Shown here one piece after another: positions 29,001-38,395 of a stretch of DNA of 64,000 nucleotides. The translations under genes and the position numbers were made by a program. Each line of letters starts with the position of its first letter. The stretch's first letter is position 1. The DNA lies in assembly GCA_035221665.1 (NCBI GenBank), contig CM069152.1:23622001-23686000 (forward strand), given 5' to 3'. This DNA comes from Okamejei kenojei. Lineage: Eukaryota. The notes under the pieces were generated by a model. It was not told where the DNA came from, ran no database searches, and was given only the letters and a program-made list of their open reading frames with translations.

Positions 29001-32000
29001 ACATCACCTACCAAATGAATTACTTTTCCTGGGAAAGTCCAGGTATTGGCCGTGTCATTGCTGCCCTGGTAATCCAAGGCTTGGTATTCCTGACTCTCCT
29101 CTTCCTTATTGAGTTCAGGGTCTTTCGAATGTTGTCCAGTTTTATCCATTATATCCTATGGAGAAAGAAAATGGTGAGTTCATGAAACGGGAATAATTAG
29201 TCATTAGCGGGCGGGTGACGCGGCATGTGTTTGCCTTGTGATGTGGCACAAAGTATCAGCCGAGCACTGGCCACTGGGGAAGATCAAGAGACCAGCACCT
29301 CGGGAGAACTGATCGCGGTTCTCCAGTGCTGCAGGGCCACTGACAAATCATTTCGATTTACCACTGGAACAGATCACCAGGATACTGTGCAATCTAATTG
29401 AGATGAAAGTAGACAAAAAATGCTGGAGAAACTCAGCGGGTGAGGCAGCATCTATGGAGAAAAGGAGTCGGCTCGAGACCCTTCTTCACTCATAATCGTA
29501 CATATTATGTTATAATTGTACGTCACGTCTAATTGAGACGTTCGGTGGGGGATTGAACCTCGGGAACCAGAAACCAAAAGTGAGCTGCAAATTGGAATCC
29601 AGTCCAGGATTTGGGAGAATTTATGCACAGATTAGCAGAATCCTGGGAGAGGGGTATATGGAGGAGCATAACTGAGGGGCTCGGTGTTTAGATATAGAAT
29701 ATTAACTTTAGGGACAGGGGCGGGTCTAAAGCTGGTGAGGAGTGACTGAGTGTGACCGATTCCTGCTGAGTTTGTGGTGGGAGAGTGAGCAGGTTCCCAT
29801 CTAATTTCAGGTGGAAATAGAGGAAAATATCCCGGTTTGTGAATAATCTTTGGATCATGATATATGTGAGGAGGGATTGGACAAATCTGGGTTATTTTCC
29901 GCCGGAATTTAGATTATGGGATTTTGATTGAAATGTTCGAGATATTAAGGGGAACAAATAAGATAGTGAAACAATCTCCACATGGTATGCTTGACCTGGA
30001 TAGCAGCAGCACAAAGTTCATCTCTGTGTCTCAGTACACATGACGGTAACAAACCGACACCATGGTCAGGGAGCTGGGCAGGAGACATAGACAAACAAGT
30101 AGAGCCCAGTTTACAAACAGTGGATCAGAAACACCTCTATGTGCTGAGGATGGTGGAGTTTTACAGCTCCCTTCCACAGCCCGCAACTCTCAATGGGTCC
30201 TTTGTTCATTTTAAATTCTATTTTGAATGTTTATAACAAGCTCATATGGCCAGGGAGCCGAGGTCAGCAGCAATCACGGGTGATATGGGCAGCACAGTGG
30301 TGCAGCTAGTAGAGACGCTACCTCACAGCGCCAGAGATACAAGTTGAATCCTAACCTCGGGTGCTGTCTCTGTGGAGTTGGCACGTTCTCCCTGTGACCA
30401 TGTCAATTTCCTCCGGGTGCTCTGATTCTTCTCACATCCCAAAGACGTGCGGGCTTGTAGGTTAATTGGCCCTCTGTAAATTGCCCCTACTGTGTAGGGA
30501 GTGGATGAGAAAGTAGGATAACATGGAAGTAATGTGAAAGGGTGATCAATGGTCGACATGGACTTGGTGGGCCAAGGGGTCGATTCCATGCTGCATCTTT
30601 AAAAACTTAAAAACAAATTAACTGATTGTATGAGGAGATGGACTGAATGGCCTTGTGCTGTCCCTGCAATGGTAGGGGAGTTTTGGTAAAGCCAAGTTGC
30701 AAATGCTGGAGTAATTGCAACCTCACTGCAGGTGGTAACCGTGGGAAAGAAGGTGGGGTTAGTGATTCAGCAATGACACTCCTCCATGCCACAGCATTCA
30801 GTGCCAACCCATTACCTTGCCTCTTTCTCACCCTCGCGGACGCCCAGTTCAAGGGACTGACCTGCTGACATTGTTGTCCTCAATCAGGCTCTGATGATAA
30901 ACGTCACTAACCCACACGTAGCGGAAGACCATGATGTTATGATCGAGCGCATAAAGATAGAGGAATCACTAGCTGCCCAGATGGACAAGCCACTGGTGTT
31001 AAAGGAGCTTTTCAAGGTAAGTCCAGCTCCTGATGTAGCAATGTTACAAAATTTTGAGATTTTAAAAATCAAGTCTGCAATTTATCCCATCAGATAAAGC
31101 ATAAAAAGAAGTTTAATTTGACACCTAATTCACTTTCATATCTTCAGTATTAAAAAAAGTTATGGCCATTTTCATACTCGGAAATTAGCATCTTGTTCCC
31201 TATTGCTTTTCCATTGACTTAACACAAACGTTGTGATCGAGGACAGTCAATAGTCCATAACTTTCTTACAAATTAAGAGAATTGAAAGACATTTTCAGTT
31301 ATTATAGATTGAAGCATCCTGAAACAAATATGAAACAATCTTACTTGGATGACCTGAAATTATTGCATATAATTAGTTAGTTACCCAATTGTAGCTAATT
31401 ACAAAATTCAATTACTAGATCTAAACATCTATCCATTTCTTAAGAAAATATTAACATTTTTAAAAAGCCTAAGTGTCCAAATAACATTCACACAAGAATT
31501 CACAATATAACATGATTTTTAAATCTCATTATCATGAATTTATAGGCCAAATTGAAAGAATTTAGTATTTAATTCCCGTAAATGAATGGCCATTTAAATC
31601 ATCTTGCAAGTGGGATTTTATGGAACGCAATTGATTGGAACATTGCGGTTGCAGTGAATTTAAACCCCGTATCGGCAGGAAAAACTCTGCTGGTTCGTAT
31701 GAGGAATAAATCACCGTTTCGCAACATGAAATTTGGATTAAGGTCATCTTAACAAGCACGTTTATATGTAACAATAAACGACTTTCCTTTACCTGTCCCC
31801 TACGTGAAATCCGTCCCCGTTGTCGGCATTCACAGCATTAGAAGCTAATTTTTATTTTACTCCAGCGCTGAAAGTGTCGGGCGATTTAAAAAAAAAAAAT
31901 TCACAGATCAACAGTCAGAATGAATCTTCAGCAAAAGCTCGCAGCCAAATAAAGCTCCGGAATGCAGGGGAAAACCGCATTTTAACCCTGCCCCCCCCCC

Positions 32001-35000
32001 CCCCCCCAAAGGCGCCAAAGTCGCGCACATGGCCAGTGACAGAACTGCAGCGCCGCTGAAGGTAAGTTTTGTAACATACCTACCTGATGCATTAAAGCAG
32101 CATGTGTCTGCACTATGCATGGGCTGCATGGGTTGTTGGGGCTGCATTGCTGTGTAGATGACATCTGAGTGTAGGGTTGGTTCATCACTGTCCTTGGCCA
32201 TGATGCATCAGGCCTGGAGAGGTCAGGCCCGGATGGGTCATGGTTTGAGAAGTCAGGGTCAGAAGGGTCATGATCGGGCCCTGAAGGTAAGACAGTCAGT
32301 TTGGACCCATTCCATCTTCTTAATTCACTCTCTCCTTCCTCTTGGTGTCCAGTCAATGGGAACATTTCCTCTCCATCTAGTTTGTCGACTTCCTTCACAG
32401 TTGTGATATCCCCGTCAGATCTCTCACGCCCTCCTCTGCCAGCATCTTACCACTACAGTCCCTCTGCCCGCAACAATTTTGTTTAATCCCTTGGGCACCC
32501 TCTCCAAAGCCTCCACATCTTTCCTGAGGTGTGTGGCTCGACCTCACAGCTCAGGTGGTGACCACACCAGTGTTGTAAGGGCTGATCGTGGCTTCTTTGC
32601 TCCAGTATTCTGTGCTTCTATTTATAAATGTCAGGCTTCTGTATGATTTTTTTTTATCACTTTCTCAACCTGCCCTTCCATTTATAACAACCTGTGCACA
32701 TCTTCTGCTCCTGTTGGTGTCCTCCCAATCCTGTTTTTGCTGCTTATCACTGAACATCTGCCTGCCCAGACGCCTGCCATATGCCTGTGATCATCTAGAC
32801 TCTCCCACTAGTGGGAACATCTTACACATCCAGGCCTTTCACTATTCGGTAAGTTTCAAAGAAGTCCCCACTCATCCTTCTAAACGCCAGCAGGCACAGT
32901 GCCATCAAACACTCATCATGTGTTGACTCAATCATTCCTGGGATCATTCTCGTAAACCTCCTCTGGACCCTCTCCAGTGCCAGCACATCCTTTCTCAGAT
33001 ATGGGGATTCATGGAGCGTTACCTGGTCCAGGTTTGAGTTTGCATCAGTCCTGAACACTGCTGTCAGTTTCAAGCAAAAATCAAAGTGCTGGGGGAACAC
33101 AGTGGGTCAGGCCGCATTTATAGAGAGAATGGACAGACAATGTTTTAAGTCTCAACCCTTCAGACTCGTCCAATTATTTCACAGATGCTGCCTGACCTGT
33201 TGAGTTCCTGCAGCACATTGTGTTTAGCTCAAGGTTCGAGCATCTGCCTTTCCTTGTGTCTCCTTTTTACTGCTGCCTGTTTTTTAGATTTACCCTGGCA
33301 AAGAATCGACGGTTGCCGTGAACCGGATCAATCTGGCCATAAACAGAGGCGAGTGCTTTGGATTGTTGGGGCTGAACGGAGCTGGAAAAACGACAATTTT
33401 CAAAATCCTGACTGGCGATGTGCAACTGAGTGGGGGAGACGCCTTCATCGAAGGTCATAGCATCCAGAACTATAGGAAGGAGGTGAGTCGGTGTGGACAG
33501 CAGGAGAAAATCCTTCCCCACAACATCCTCACAATGCTTTAGTTTAAACTTTCTGATCCTTGTCCATTTATCCCACATTTCTCTAAATCCATTCCTGCTA
33601 TTTGGCACAGTGGCGCAGCGGTAGAGTTGCTGCCTTACAGCACTTGCAGCGCTGGAGATCCGGGTTCGATCCAGACTACGGGTGCTTGTCTGTACAAAGT
33701 TTGTATGTTCTCCCCGTGACCAGGTGGGCTTTCTCCTTCTTCTTGCGTATGGCGTGCACAGCCTAAAGTTGTCGGACAACTTGTTCTATTTGATCTTATT
33801 TGATTGTGCACGCCGGGTTGATTGCAACCTTCTTGAGGTCCACCCTGTTTCAACAAATACAATCTCCCACCCTGGCTTTCTCCGAAATCTTTGGTTTCCT
33901 CCCACACTCTAAAGACGTACAGTTTTCTAGCGAAATTGGCTTGGTATAAGTGTAAATTGTCCCTAGTACGTGTAGGGTGGTGTTAATGTGCAGGGATCGC
34001 TGGTCGGTACGGACTAGGTGAGTCGAAGGGCCTGTTTCCATGCTGTACCTCTAAACTAAACTAAACTATTTGCCTCAGCCACTCCCTGTGGGAACAGCTT
34101 CCATGTCGTCCCCGAATAACAGGCTTCTCTGTAGTTTATCAGTGACCGTTACTGTGGCCATCAGGATCACCTGGTTGGCAGCTATTTTAATTCCTCTTCC
34201 CATTCCCACACTGGCCAGTCTGTCCTGGGCTTCCTCCACTGGCAGGTGAGGCCACACATAAACCCAAATCTCATAGTCCACCCTGGATGGTCGACAACCC
34301 AACGGCCTGAACATTGAATTGTCCACTTTCAAGTAACCCTCTGTTCCGTTCTCTCTACTGCTGGTCGACCCAGATCCTCTCTCACATCCCCTTCATAACC
34401 CCACTCCCTATCTCCCACCCCCACTCTCTCTATCTGTCTGTCTCACACACTCTCACAATGTCCCTTCTGCCCACCCTCCCCTATGGTGTGACACAAGGAA
34501 CTGCAAATTATGGGTTATTAAAAAAGACACAAAGTACTGGAGGAACTCAGCGGGTCAGGCAGCATTTCTGGAGAACATGGACAGGTAATGTTCTAGGTCG
34601 GGACCCTCCTTCAGACTCAGTTATTCCAGCACATTGTGTCTTTTTCTTCCCTTATGTGGTTCCATGCTTTAGATTCCATCATCTGCAGCCTTTCAGCTCA
34701 GGCCCTTTATCACTATCTCCACCCACCCCATCTGACTCTACAATCAACCCTCCTCACCTGCATCTATCTATCGCCTGCAGCTCATGGCTCACCTCCTGAC
34801 ACCGGGCTATTTCCCCGCCACACTCAGCTATACACTGGGTGATTGAAACACCTCAGTCACTGCCCAGCCCACTTGCATTGCTGGAAGTTTGCTTCAGGAT
34901 CTCTCCAGCTCAGTGTTTGGACCAGTACACTCTTCAACACTGCTCCCAGTTGTACCACTTTTGTTCTTTATTGAATGAATTATAAGGTACAGCATGGAAA

Positions 35001-38000
35001 GAGGCCCTTGGGCCCACTGAGTCCACCGACCACTGATCACCCGTTCACACTAGTTCTCATCCACTCCCTACACACTAGGGTCAATTAACCTACAAACCTG
35101 CACGCCGTTGGAATGTGGGAGGGAACTGGGGCCCTGGAAATCATAGCGAGAATGTGCAAACTCCACACAGGCAGCACTTGAGGTCAGGATCGAACCCGGG
35201 TCTCTGGGGCTGCGAGGCAGCAGCACTACCCACTGCGCCGCAGTGCTACCTACATTCAACACTTTGCTGTTCACCGTGTTGCTGGTAATTGTGTCTGGTC
35301 CTCTACAGGTCTTGCAGAAGATCGGCTACTGCCCTCAGTTCGATGCTCTGCTGGATCACATGACAGGCAAGGAGACCCTGTACATGTATGCACGGATGCG
35401 GGGCATCCCCGAGCTGCACATTGCACAGTGTGTGGATGACGTGCTGCAGAGCCTGCTGCTGGAGCCCTACGCCCACAGGCTGGTGCGCACCTATAGGTGG
35501 GTAGGCACCGCCGCCGATCCCCTCCCCTCTCCCCTCCCTGCCTCTCTGCTCCCTACCCCTCCCTACCACTTCCCTCCCCTCCCTACGTTTCCCCTCGCCC
35601 TACACCTCACCCCACCAGTGAGGCACCGCAGCCCAATCCCCTTCCCTGCCCCCCACCCTTCCTTGCCCCCCTGCCCATCTTCCTACCCCTCTGCTCCCTT
35701 CCCTGCACCACACCCCGCCCATGAGGCCCGATCCATCCCCCCCCCCTGCCTTTCATCACCCCTTGCCTCTCCCCACCCCTCTCTCTGCCTTTCCCCACCT
35801 CTTTCCTCGCCCTGCATCATTCCCAGGAGGGTTGGAGGTGTAGGAGGGGGGATAGTTAGCGGGAGAATAGGGTGGGGGGCGGCTGTGAGGGTGTGCCCCG
35901 TCCCCTGGCCCTCACATTGCCCCCTCTCCACACAGTGGCGGCAACAAGCGGAAGCTGAGCATGGGCGTGGCGATGATCGGGAACCCGAGCGTCCTCTTCC
36001 TGGATGAGCCGTCGACGGGTATGGACCCGGTGTCGCGCCGGCTACTCTGGGACGCCGTTACCCGCTCGCTCGAGTTCGGCAAGTCTGTCATCATCACTTC
36101 GCACAGGTAGTGGCGTTACCTCAGCAACGGCCCATGCCAATCACTCCCACACCGATGGTGTTACCCTGGAAATGGCCGGGTCCCTCCACCCCCTTTCCCC
36201 TCCACCCCTCCACCACCTGTGCCCCAGCACTGTTGTACAAACCCCCCCCCACACTGGCAATGCCCCTCCACCCACACCCACCGTCACTGCCCCTCCACCC
36301 ACACCGTCACTGCCCCTCACCCCCCCTCCCCACACCGTCACTGCCCCTCCACCCACACCCACCGTCACTGCCCCTCCACCCACACCGTCACTGCCCCTCA
36401 CCCCCCCCCCCCACACCGTCACTGCCCCTCCACCCACACCCACCGTCACTGCCCCTCACCTCCCCCTCCCCACACCGTCACTGCCCCTCACCCCCCCCTC
36501 CCCACACCGTCACTGCCCCTCCACCCACACCATCACTGCCCCTCACCCCTCACCCCCCCCCCTCCCCACACCGTCACTGCCCTCCACCCACACCGTCACT
36601 GCCCCTCACCCCCCCCCCCCCCACACTGGCACTGCCCCTCCACCCACACCCACCATCACTGCCCCTCACCCCCCCCCACACACTGGCACTGCCCCTCCAC
36701 CCACGCCCACCGTCACTGCCCCTCACCCCCTCACGCCCCACACCATCACTGCCCCTCCACCCACACCCGCCGTCACTGCCCCTCACCCCCTCACGCCCCA
36801 CACCATCACTGCCCCTCCACCCACGCCCACCGTCACTGCCCCTCACCCCCTCACGCCCCACACCATCACTGCCCCTCCACCCACACCCGCCGTCAGTGCC
36901 CCTCACCCCCTACCCTCACCATCACAGCTGCCACCAACCTTTGCCCCCACACCACCACTGTCCGTCCCGGTCCCGGCTACACACCTCAACCACATCTGTA
37001 TCACAACCCAACTGTGTCGCCTCGCCAGGTAGGAGAGAGGGATGGAAGGGAACAATGGGCTAGGGAGCGGCTGGAGGGAATGTGTGCGGAGGGGAGGGCC
37101 GCGAGAGGGAGGGAAGGTGTGGGAGGGAGGGAGGGAGGGGCTGAGGTGGGGTGTGTCAGACCAAGGTCCCCCACTGACCCTGCTATCCCATCGCCAGCAT
37201 GGAGGAGTGCGAGGCGCTGTGTACACGGCTGGCTGTGATGGTCAACGGGCAGTTCAAATGCCTCGGCAGCCCCCAGCACCTGAAGAGCAAGTTCGGCAGC
37301 GGTTACACCCTGCTGGTCAAAATCAAGGGTGACCGGCCCGACCCGCAGCCCTTCAAGGACTTCATCGAGTCGACCTTCGAAGGTACCACCCTCCCGTCCG
37401 TCTGACGGTTAATGGGGTCCAACCCAGTGGAGGCGGCACCCGTCCCGATCCTCACTCCATCTCACTGTCTCTCTCAGCCCTCACTGACGCTCCACCCTCT
37501 CTCTAATTCCTCACTCCCTCTGTGCCTCTTCTCTCTCTCCACCCTCTCTCTGTCTCTGCCCCCTCTCTCTCGCCTCTCTCCCTCTGTGCCCCTCTCTCCC
37601 TTTCTATCTCTACCCTCTCTCCCTCTGTGCCCCCTCTCTTTCTGCCTCCGCTCCATCCCTCTCTCTCTCCGCCCTCTCGCCCTATGCGCCCCCTCAACTA
37701 CCAGAGATGAGGTTCCCACTGACTCCATTCTCTCCTCAGGCAGCATCATCAAGGACGAGCATCATGGGATGCTGCACTACCACCTGACCAGCACGAGCCT
37801 CACCTGGGCACAGGTAGGCCCTGGGGTCAGGGGGCGTGCCCTGTGGTCTGGGGGTCAGGGGGCGTGCCCTGGGGTCAGGGGGCATGCCCTGGGATCAGGG
37901 GGGCGTGCCCTAGGGTCAGTAAGCGTGTCCGGGGGTCATGGAGCATGTCGGGGGTCAGGGAGTGTGTTGTGGGGTCAGGGGGCGTCCGGGGGTCAGAGGG

Positions 38001-38395
38001 CATGTCCGGGGGTCAGAATTCAGGTGCCCCAGGGTGAAGGGAAGGTCCCTGGTGTCAGGTCATAGAGTCATACAGCTTGGAAACGGGACAACAATTAGCC
38101 CCTCCCACAGTGGGCAGCAGACCTCCTCACGGTCCCCGTTGCACCATCTCAGCGTCTGGTACAGGTAACGTCCCAACTCCCGCACTCACTGACCCGACCA
38201 CTAAAGGCCAGCGAGCCCCTTGCCCCACCGATAACCACCCTCCCCCTTCGCCTGCAGATATTCGGCACCCTCGAGCGAGCGCGGGAGCAGTTCCACATCA
38301 AGGATTACTCCGTCAGCCAGATATCTCTGGAGCAAGTCTTCCTCAGCTTTGCCCGGTTCCAGATCTACACCGACCCGCGGAAGGTTCCCCACTGA
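1923..38395 (+). CDS. ABCA3: ATP-binding cassette subfamily A member 3 (ABCA3-like), 5'-partial multi-exon gene, 24 coding exons in window
   Basis: Exons join in frame via GT-AG introns: 1923-2043, 2991-3164, 4087-4268, 5229-5378, 5656-5785, 7421-7575, 8869-9024, 15430-15640, 16045-16195, 17133-17231, 18034-18226, 18785-19088, 20049-20322, 21621-21825, 23036-23255, 23628-23786, 29001-29173, 30888-31016, 33288-33482, 35309-35496, 35936-36106, 37198-37382, 37740-37813, 38258-38395 (TGA). Two NBDs ([25 protein letters not shown]; [24 protein letters not shown]). ABCA3-typical peptides [53 protein letters not shown]. Confidence 0.93.
2157..2530 (+). mobile_element. CR1 RT fragment
   Basis: TSVVGKLLE...[10 protein letters not shown]. 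Confidence 0.7.
2991..3164 (+). CDS. ABCA3: ABCA3 exon ([13 protein letters not shown]...GMFEGK)
   Basis: ttcag acceptor, gtaaga donor; in frame. Confidence 0.92.
4087..4268 (+). CDS. ABCA3: ABCA3 exon (GTGIQWSN...EVWYFFIL)
   Basis: gaag acceptor, gtaagt donor; [13 protein letters not shown] motif. Confidence 0.92.
5229..5378 (+). CDS. ABCA3: ABCA3 exon (PSYWLKIPR...[10 protein letters not shown])
   Basis: cccag acceptor, gtaaag donor. Confidence 0.88.
5656..5785 (+). CDS. ABCA3: ABCA3 exon, NBD1 Walker A ([10 protein letters not shown])
   Basis: tgcag acceptor, gtgagc donor. Confidence 0.94.
6420..6700 (+). mobile_element. RTE-clade LINE remnant
   Basis: Degenerate DTKLPK...[18 protein letters not shown]. 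Confidence 0.5.
7158..7390 (+). mobile_element. CR1 LINE 3' fragment
   Basis: [27 protein letters not shown] peptide plus 3'UTR. Confidence 0.8.
7421..7575 (+). CDS. ABCA3: ABCA3 exon, NBD1 Q-loop ([20 protein letters not shown])
   Basis: tttag acceptor, gtaagt donor. Confidence 0.94.
7640..8800 (+). mobile_element. Degraded CR1 LINE fragments
   Basis: Homologous to other CR1 RT and 3' pieces in the window. Confidence 0.65.
8869..9024 (+). CDS. ABCA3: ABCA3 exon, NBD1 signature ([15 protein letters not shown])
   Basis: cccag acceptor, gtaaca donor. Confidence 0.93.
9590..10020 (+). mobile_element. CR1 3' fragment interrupted by the DIRS element (continues 14962-15200)
   Basis: [12 protein letters not shown] peptide; sequence resumes after DIRS. 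Confidence 0.75.
10595..11500 (-). pseudogene. DIRS tyrosine recombinase (split ORFs 11177-11479 and 10595-11146)
   Basis: R...K...HSTR...GW...Y catalytic pattern; [13 protein letters not shown] in the N-terminal part. Confidence 0.85.
11476..13485 (-). pseudogene. DIRS pol: RT, RNase H and DNA-adenine-methyltransferase-like domain, frameshifted
   Basis: [33 protein letters not shown] and [15 protein letters not shown] fragments in different frames. Confidence 0.85.
15430..15640 (+). CDS. ABCA3: ABCA3 exon, NBD1 Walker B/H-loop ([13 protein letters not shown]...TTHFMDEAD)
   Basis: cacag acceptor, gtgagt donor. Confidence 0.95.
16045..16195 (+). CDS. ABCA3: ABCA3 exon ([12 protein letters not shown]...[12 protein letters not shown])
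   Basis: gcag acceptor, gtagag donor. Confidence 0.92.
17133..17231 (+). CDS. ABCA3: ABCA3 exon (FEALFSELE...[14 protein letters not shown])
   Basis: cacag acceptor, gtgagt donor. Confidence 0.93.
17248..17592 (-). mobile_element. Tx1/L1-clade LINE 3' end with poly(A) tail
   Basis: LLGLAKLAI...F..RW ORF2 C-terminus, stop at 17367, poly-T on + at 17248-17266. Confidence 0.65.
18034..18226 (+). CDS. ABCA3: ABCA3 exon ([26 protein letters not shown]...)
   Basis: tgcag acceptor, gtaagt donor. Confidence 0.92.
18785..19088 (+). CDS. ABCA3: ABCA3 exon ([24 protein letters not shown]...)
   Basis: gcag acceptor, gtgagt donor. Confidence 0.92.
20049..20322 (+). CDS. ABCA3: ABCA3 exon (DLIQYLL...[16 protein letters not shown]...NYPQPRN)
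   Basis: cctag acceptor, gtgcgt donor. Confidence 0.9.
20405..20721. mobile_element. PIF/Harbinger-type MITE
   Basis: ~45-bp TIRs (TGAGCCTGTCCCACTTACG... / ...CGTAAGTGGGACAGGCCCA) flanked by a TTA duplication at 20402-20404 and 20722-20724. Confidence 0.8.
21621..21825 (+). CDS. ABCA3: ABCA3 exon ([18 protein letters not shown]...[10 protein letters not shown])
   Basis: tgcag acceptor, gtgagc donor. Confidence 0.92.
23036..23255 (+). CDS. ABCA3: ABCA3 exon (LMFQL...[12 protein letters not shown]...TAYTRL)
   Basis: tacag acceptor, gtaggt donor. Confidence 0.92.
23290..23470. repeat. 30-bp minisatellite (CTCCATGCTGGGGCTCCCGGTGCTCCTCTG-like)
   Basis: About 5-6 visible units. Confidence 0.75.
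23628..23786 (+). CDS. ABCA3: ABCA3 exon (LGLTDLW...[10 protein letters not shown]...FYQNY)
   Basis: cacag acceptor, gtgagt donor. Confidence 0.9.
23870..24010. repeat. 18-bp minisatellite (CCCTACCACGGTACATCC-like)
   Basis: About 7 degenerate units. Confidence 0.7.
24538..27058 (-). mobile_element. CR1-clade LINE with internal deletion (ORF1 esterase fragment plus ORF2 RT and 3' end)
   Basis: ORF1 VIGDSIVRG (SGNH/esterase-like) at 26482-26814; [32 protein letters not shown]; TTCTATGT-type tail; AGACAG direct repeat at 24532-24537 and 27059-27064. Confidence 0.9.
29001..29173 (+). CDS. ABCA3: ABCA3 exon ([17 protein letters not shown]...)
   Basis: cacag acceptor, gtgagt donor; absent from the ORF track. 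Confidence 0.9.
30288..30610 (+). mobile_element. V-SINE (HE1-like)
   Basis: tRNA-like head and central domain. Further copies at ~4728-5020(+), 20770-20990(-), 34990-35245(-), 50650-50910(-), 57380-58010(-), 59903-60190(+). Confidence 0.75.
30888..31016 (+). CDS. ABCA3: ABCA3 exon (ALMINV...EDHDVMIER...PLVLKELFK)
   Basis: atcag acceptor, gtaagt donor. Confidence 0.9.
31036..32082 (+). mobile_element. Non-autonomous DNA transposon (~1.05 kb), TAG...CTA ends, 7-bp TSD CCTGATG
   Basis: Imperfect TIRs TAGCAATGTTACAAAA / TTTTGTAACATACCTA; CCTGATG at 31029-31035 and 32083-32089; homologous inverted copy at 52355-53398. Confidence 0.85.
33288..33482 (+). CDS. ABCA3: ABCA3 exon, NBD2 Walker A ([16 protein letters not shown])
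   Basis: tttag acceptor, gtgagt donor. Confidence 0.94.
33603..34047 (+). mobile_element. tRNA-derived V-SINE (HE1-like) with nested (GAA)n-tailed LINE 3' piece
   Basis: A box TGGCGCAGCGG, B box GGTTCGATCC, V-domain-like core, CTAAA tail; insert at 33736-33830 homologous to 47020-47120. Confidence 0.75.
34165..34340 (+). mobile_element. Penelope-like element GIY-YIG endonuclease C-terminal remnant
   Basis: Degenerate FNS.SHSH...VLGFLH...QPNGLNIE...FK* pattern. Confidence 0.55.
35309..35496 (+). CDS. ABCA3: ABCA3 exon ([20 protein letters not shown])
   Basis: tacag acceptor, gtgggt donor. Confidence 0.94.
35936..36106 (+). CDS. ABCA3: ABCA3 exon, NBD2 signature/Walker B (GGNKRKLS...[11 protein letters not shown])
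   Basis: cacag acceptor, gtagtg donor. Confidence 0.94.
36240..36925. repeat. C-rich minisatellite (CACCGTCACTGCCCCTCCACCCACAC variants)
   Basis: Dozens of CACTGCCCCT units; explains the Pro/His-rich ORFs in three frames. Confidence 0.9.
37198..37382 (+). CDS. ABCA3: ABCA3 exon ([32 protein letters not shown])
   Basis: gccag acceptor, gtacca donor. Confidence 0.93.
37740..37813 (+). CDS. ABCA3: ABCA3 exon ([15 protein letters not shown]...WAQ)
   Basis: ctcag acceptor, gtaggc donor. Confidence 0.9.
37820..38020. repeat. ~20-bp G-rich minisatellite (GGGGTCAGGGGGCGTGCCCT)
   Basis: About 9 GGGGTCAG units directly after a splice donor. Confidence 0.8.
38258..38395 (+). CDS. ABCA3: ABCA3 last coding exon (IFGTLE...[16 protein letters not shown]...VPH*)
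   Basis: tgcag acceptor; TGA at 38393-38395. Confidence 0.92.
   Translation: MFGTLERAREQFHIKDYSVSQISLEQVFLSFARFQIYTDPRKVPH

Noticed and set aside
33603-33675. tRNA-like sequence with A and B boxes (also 30288, 59903, 4728)
   Set aside because: Continues into a SINE body and tail; no complete cloverleaf
36004-37238. Three long Pro/His/Thr-rich ORFs (317-342 aa)
   Set aside because: Stop-free C-rich minisatellite inside an ABCA3 intron; open in several frames, so not a gene
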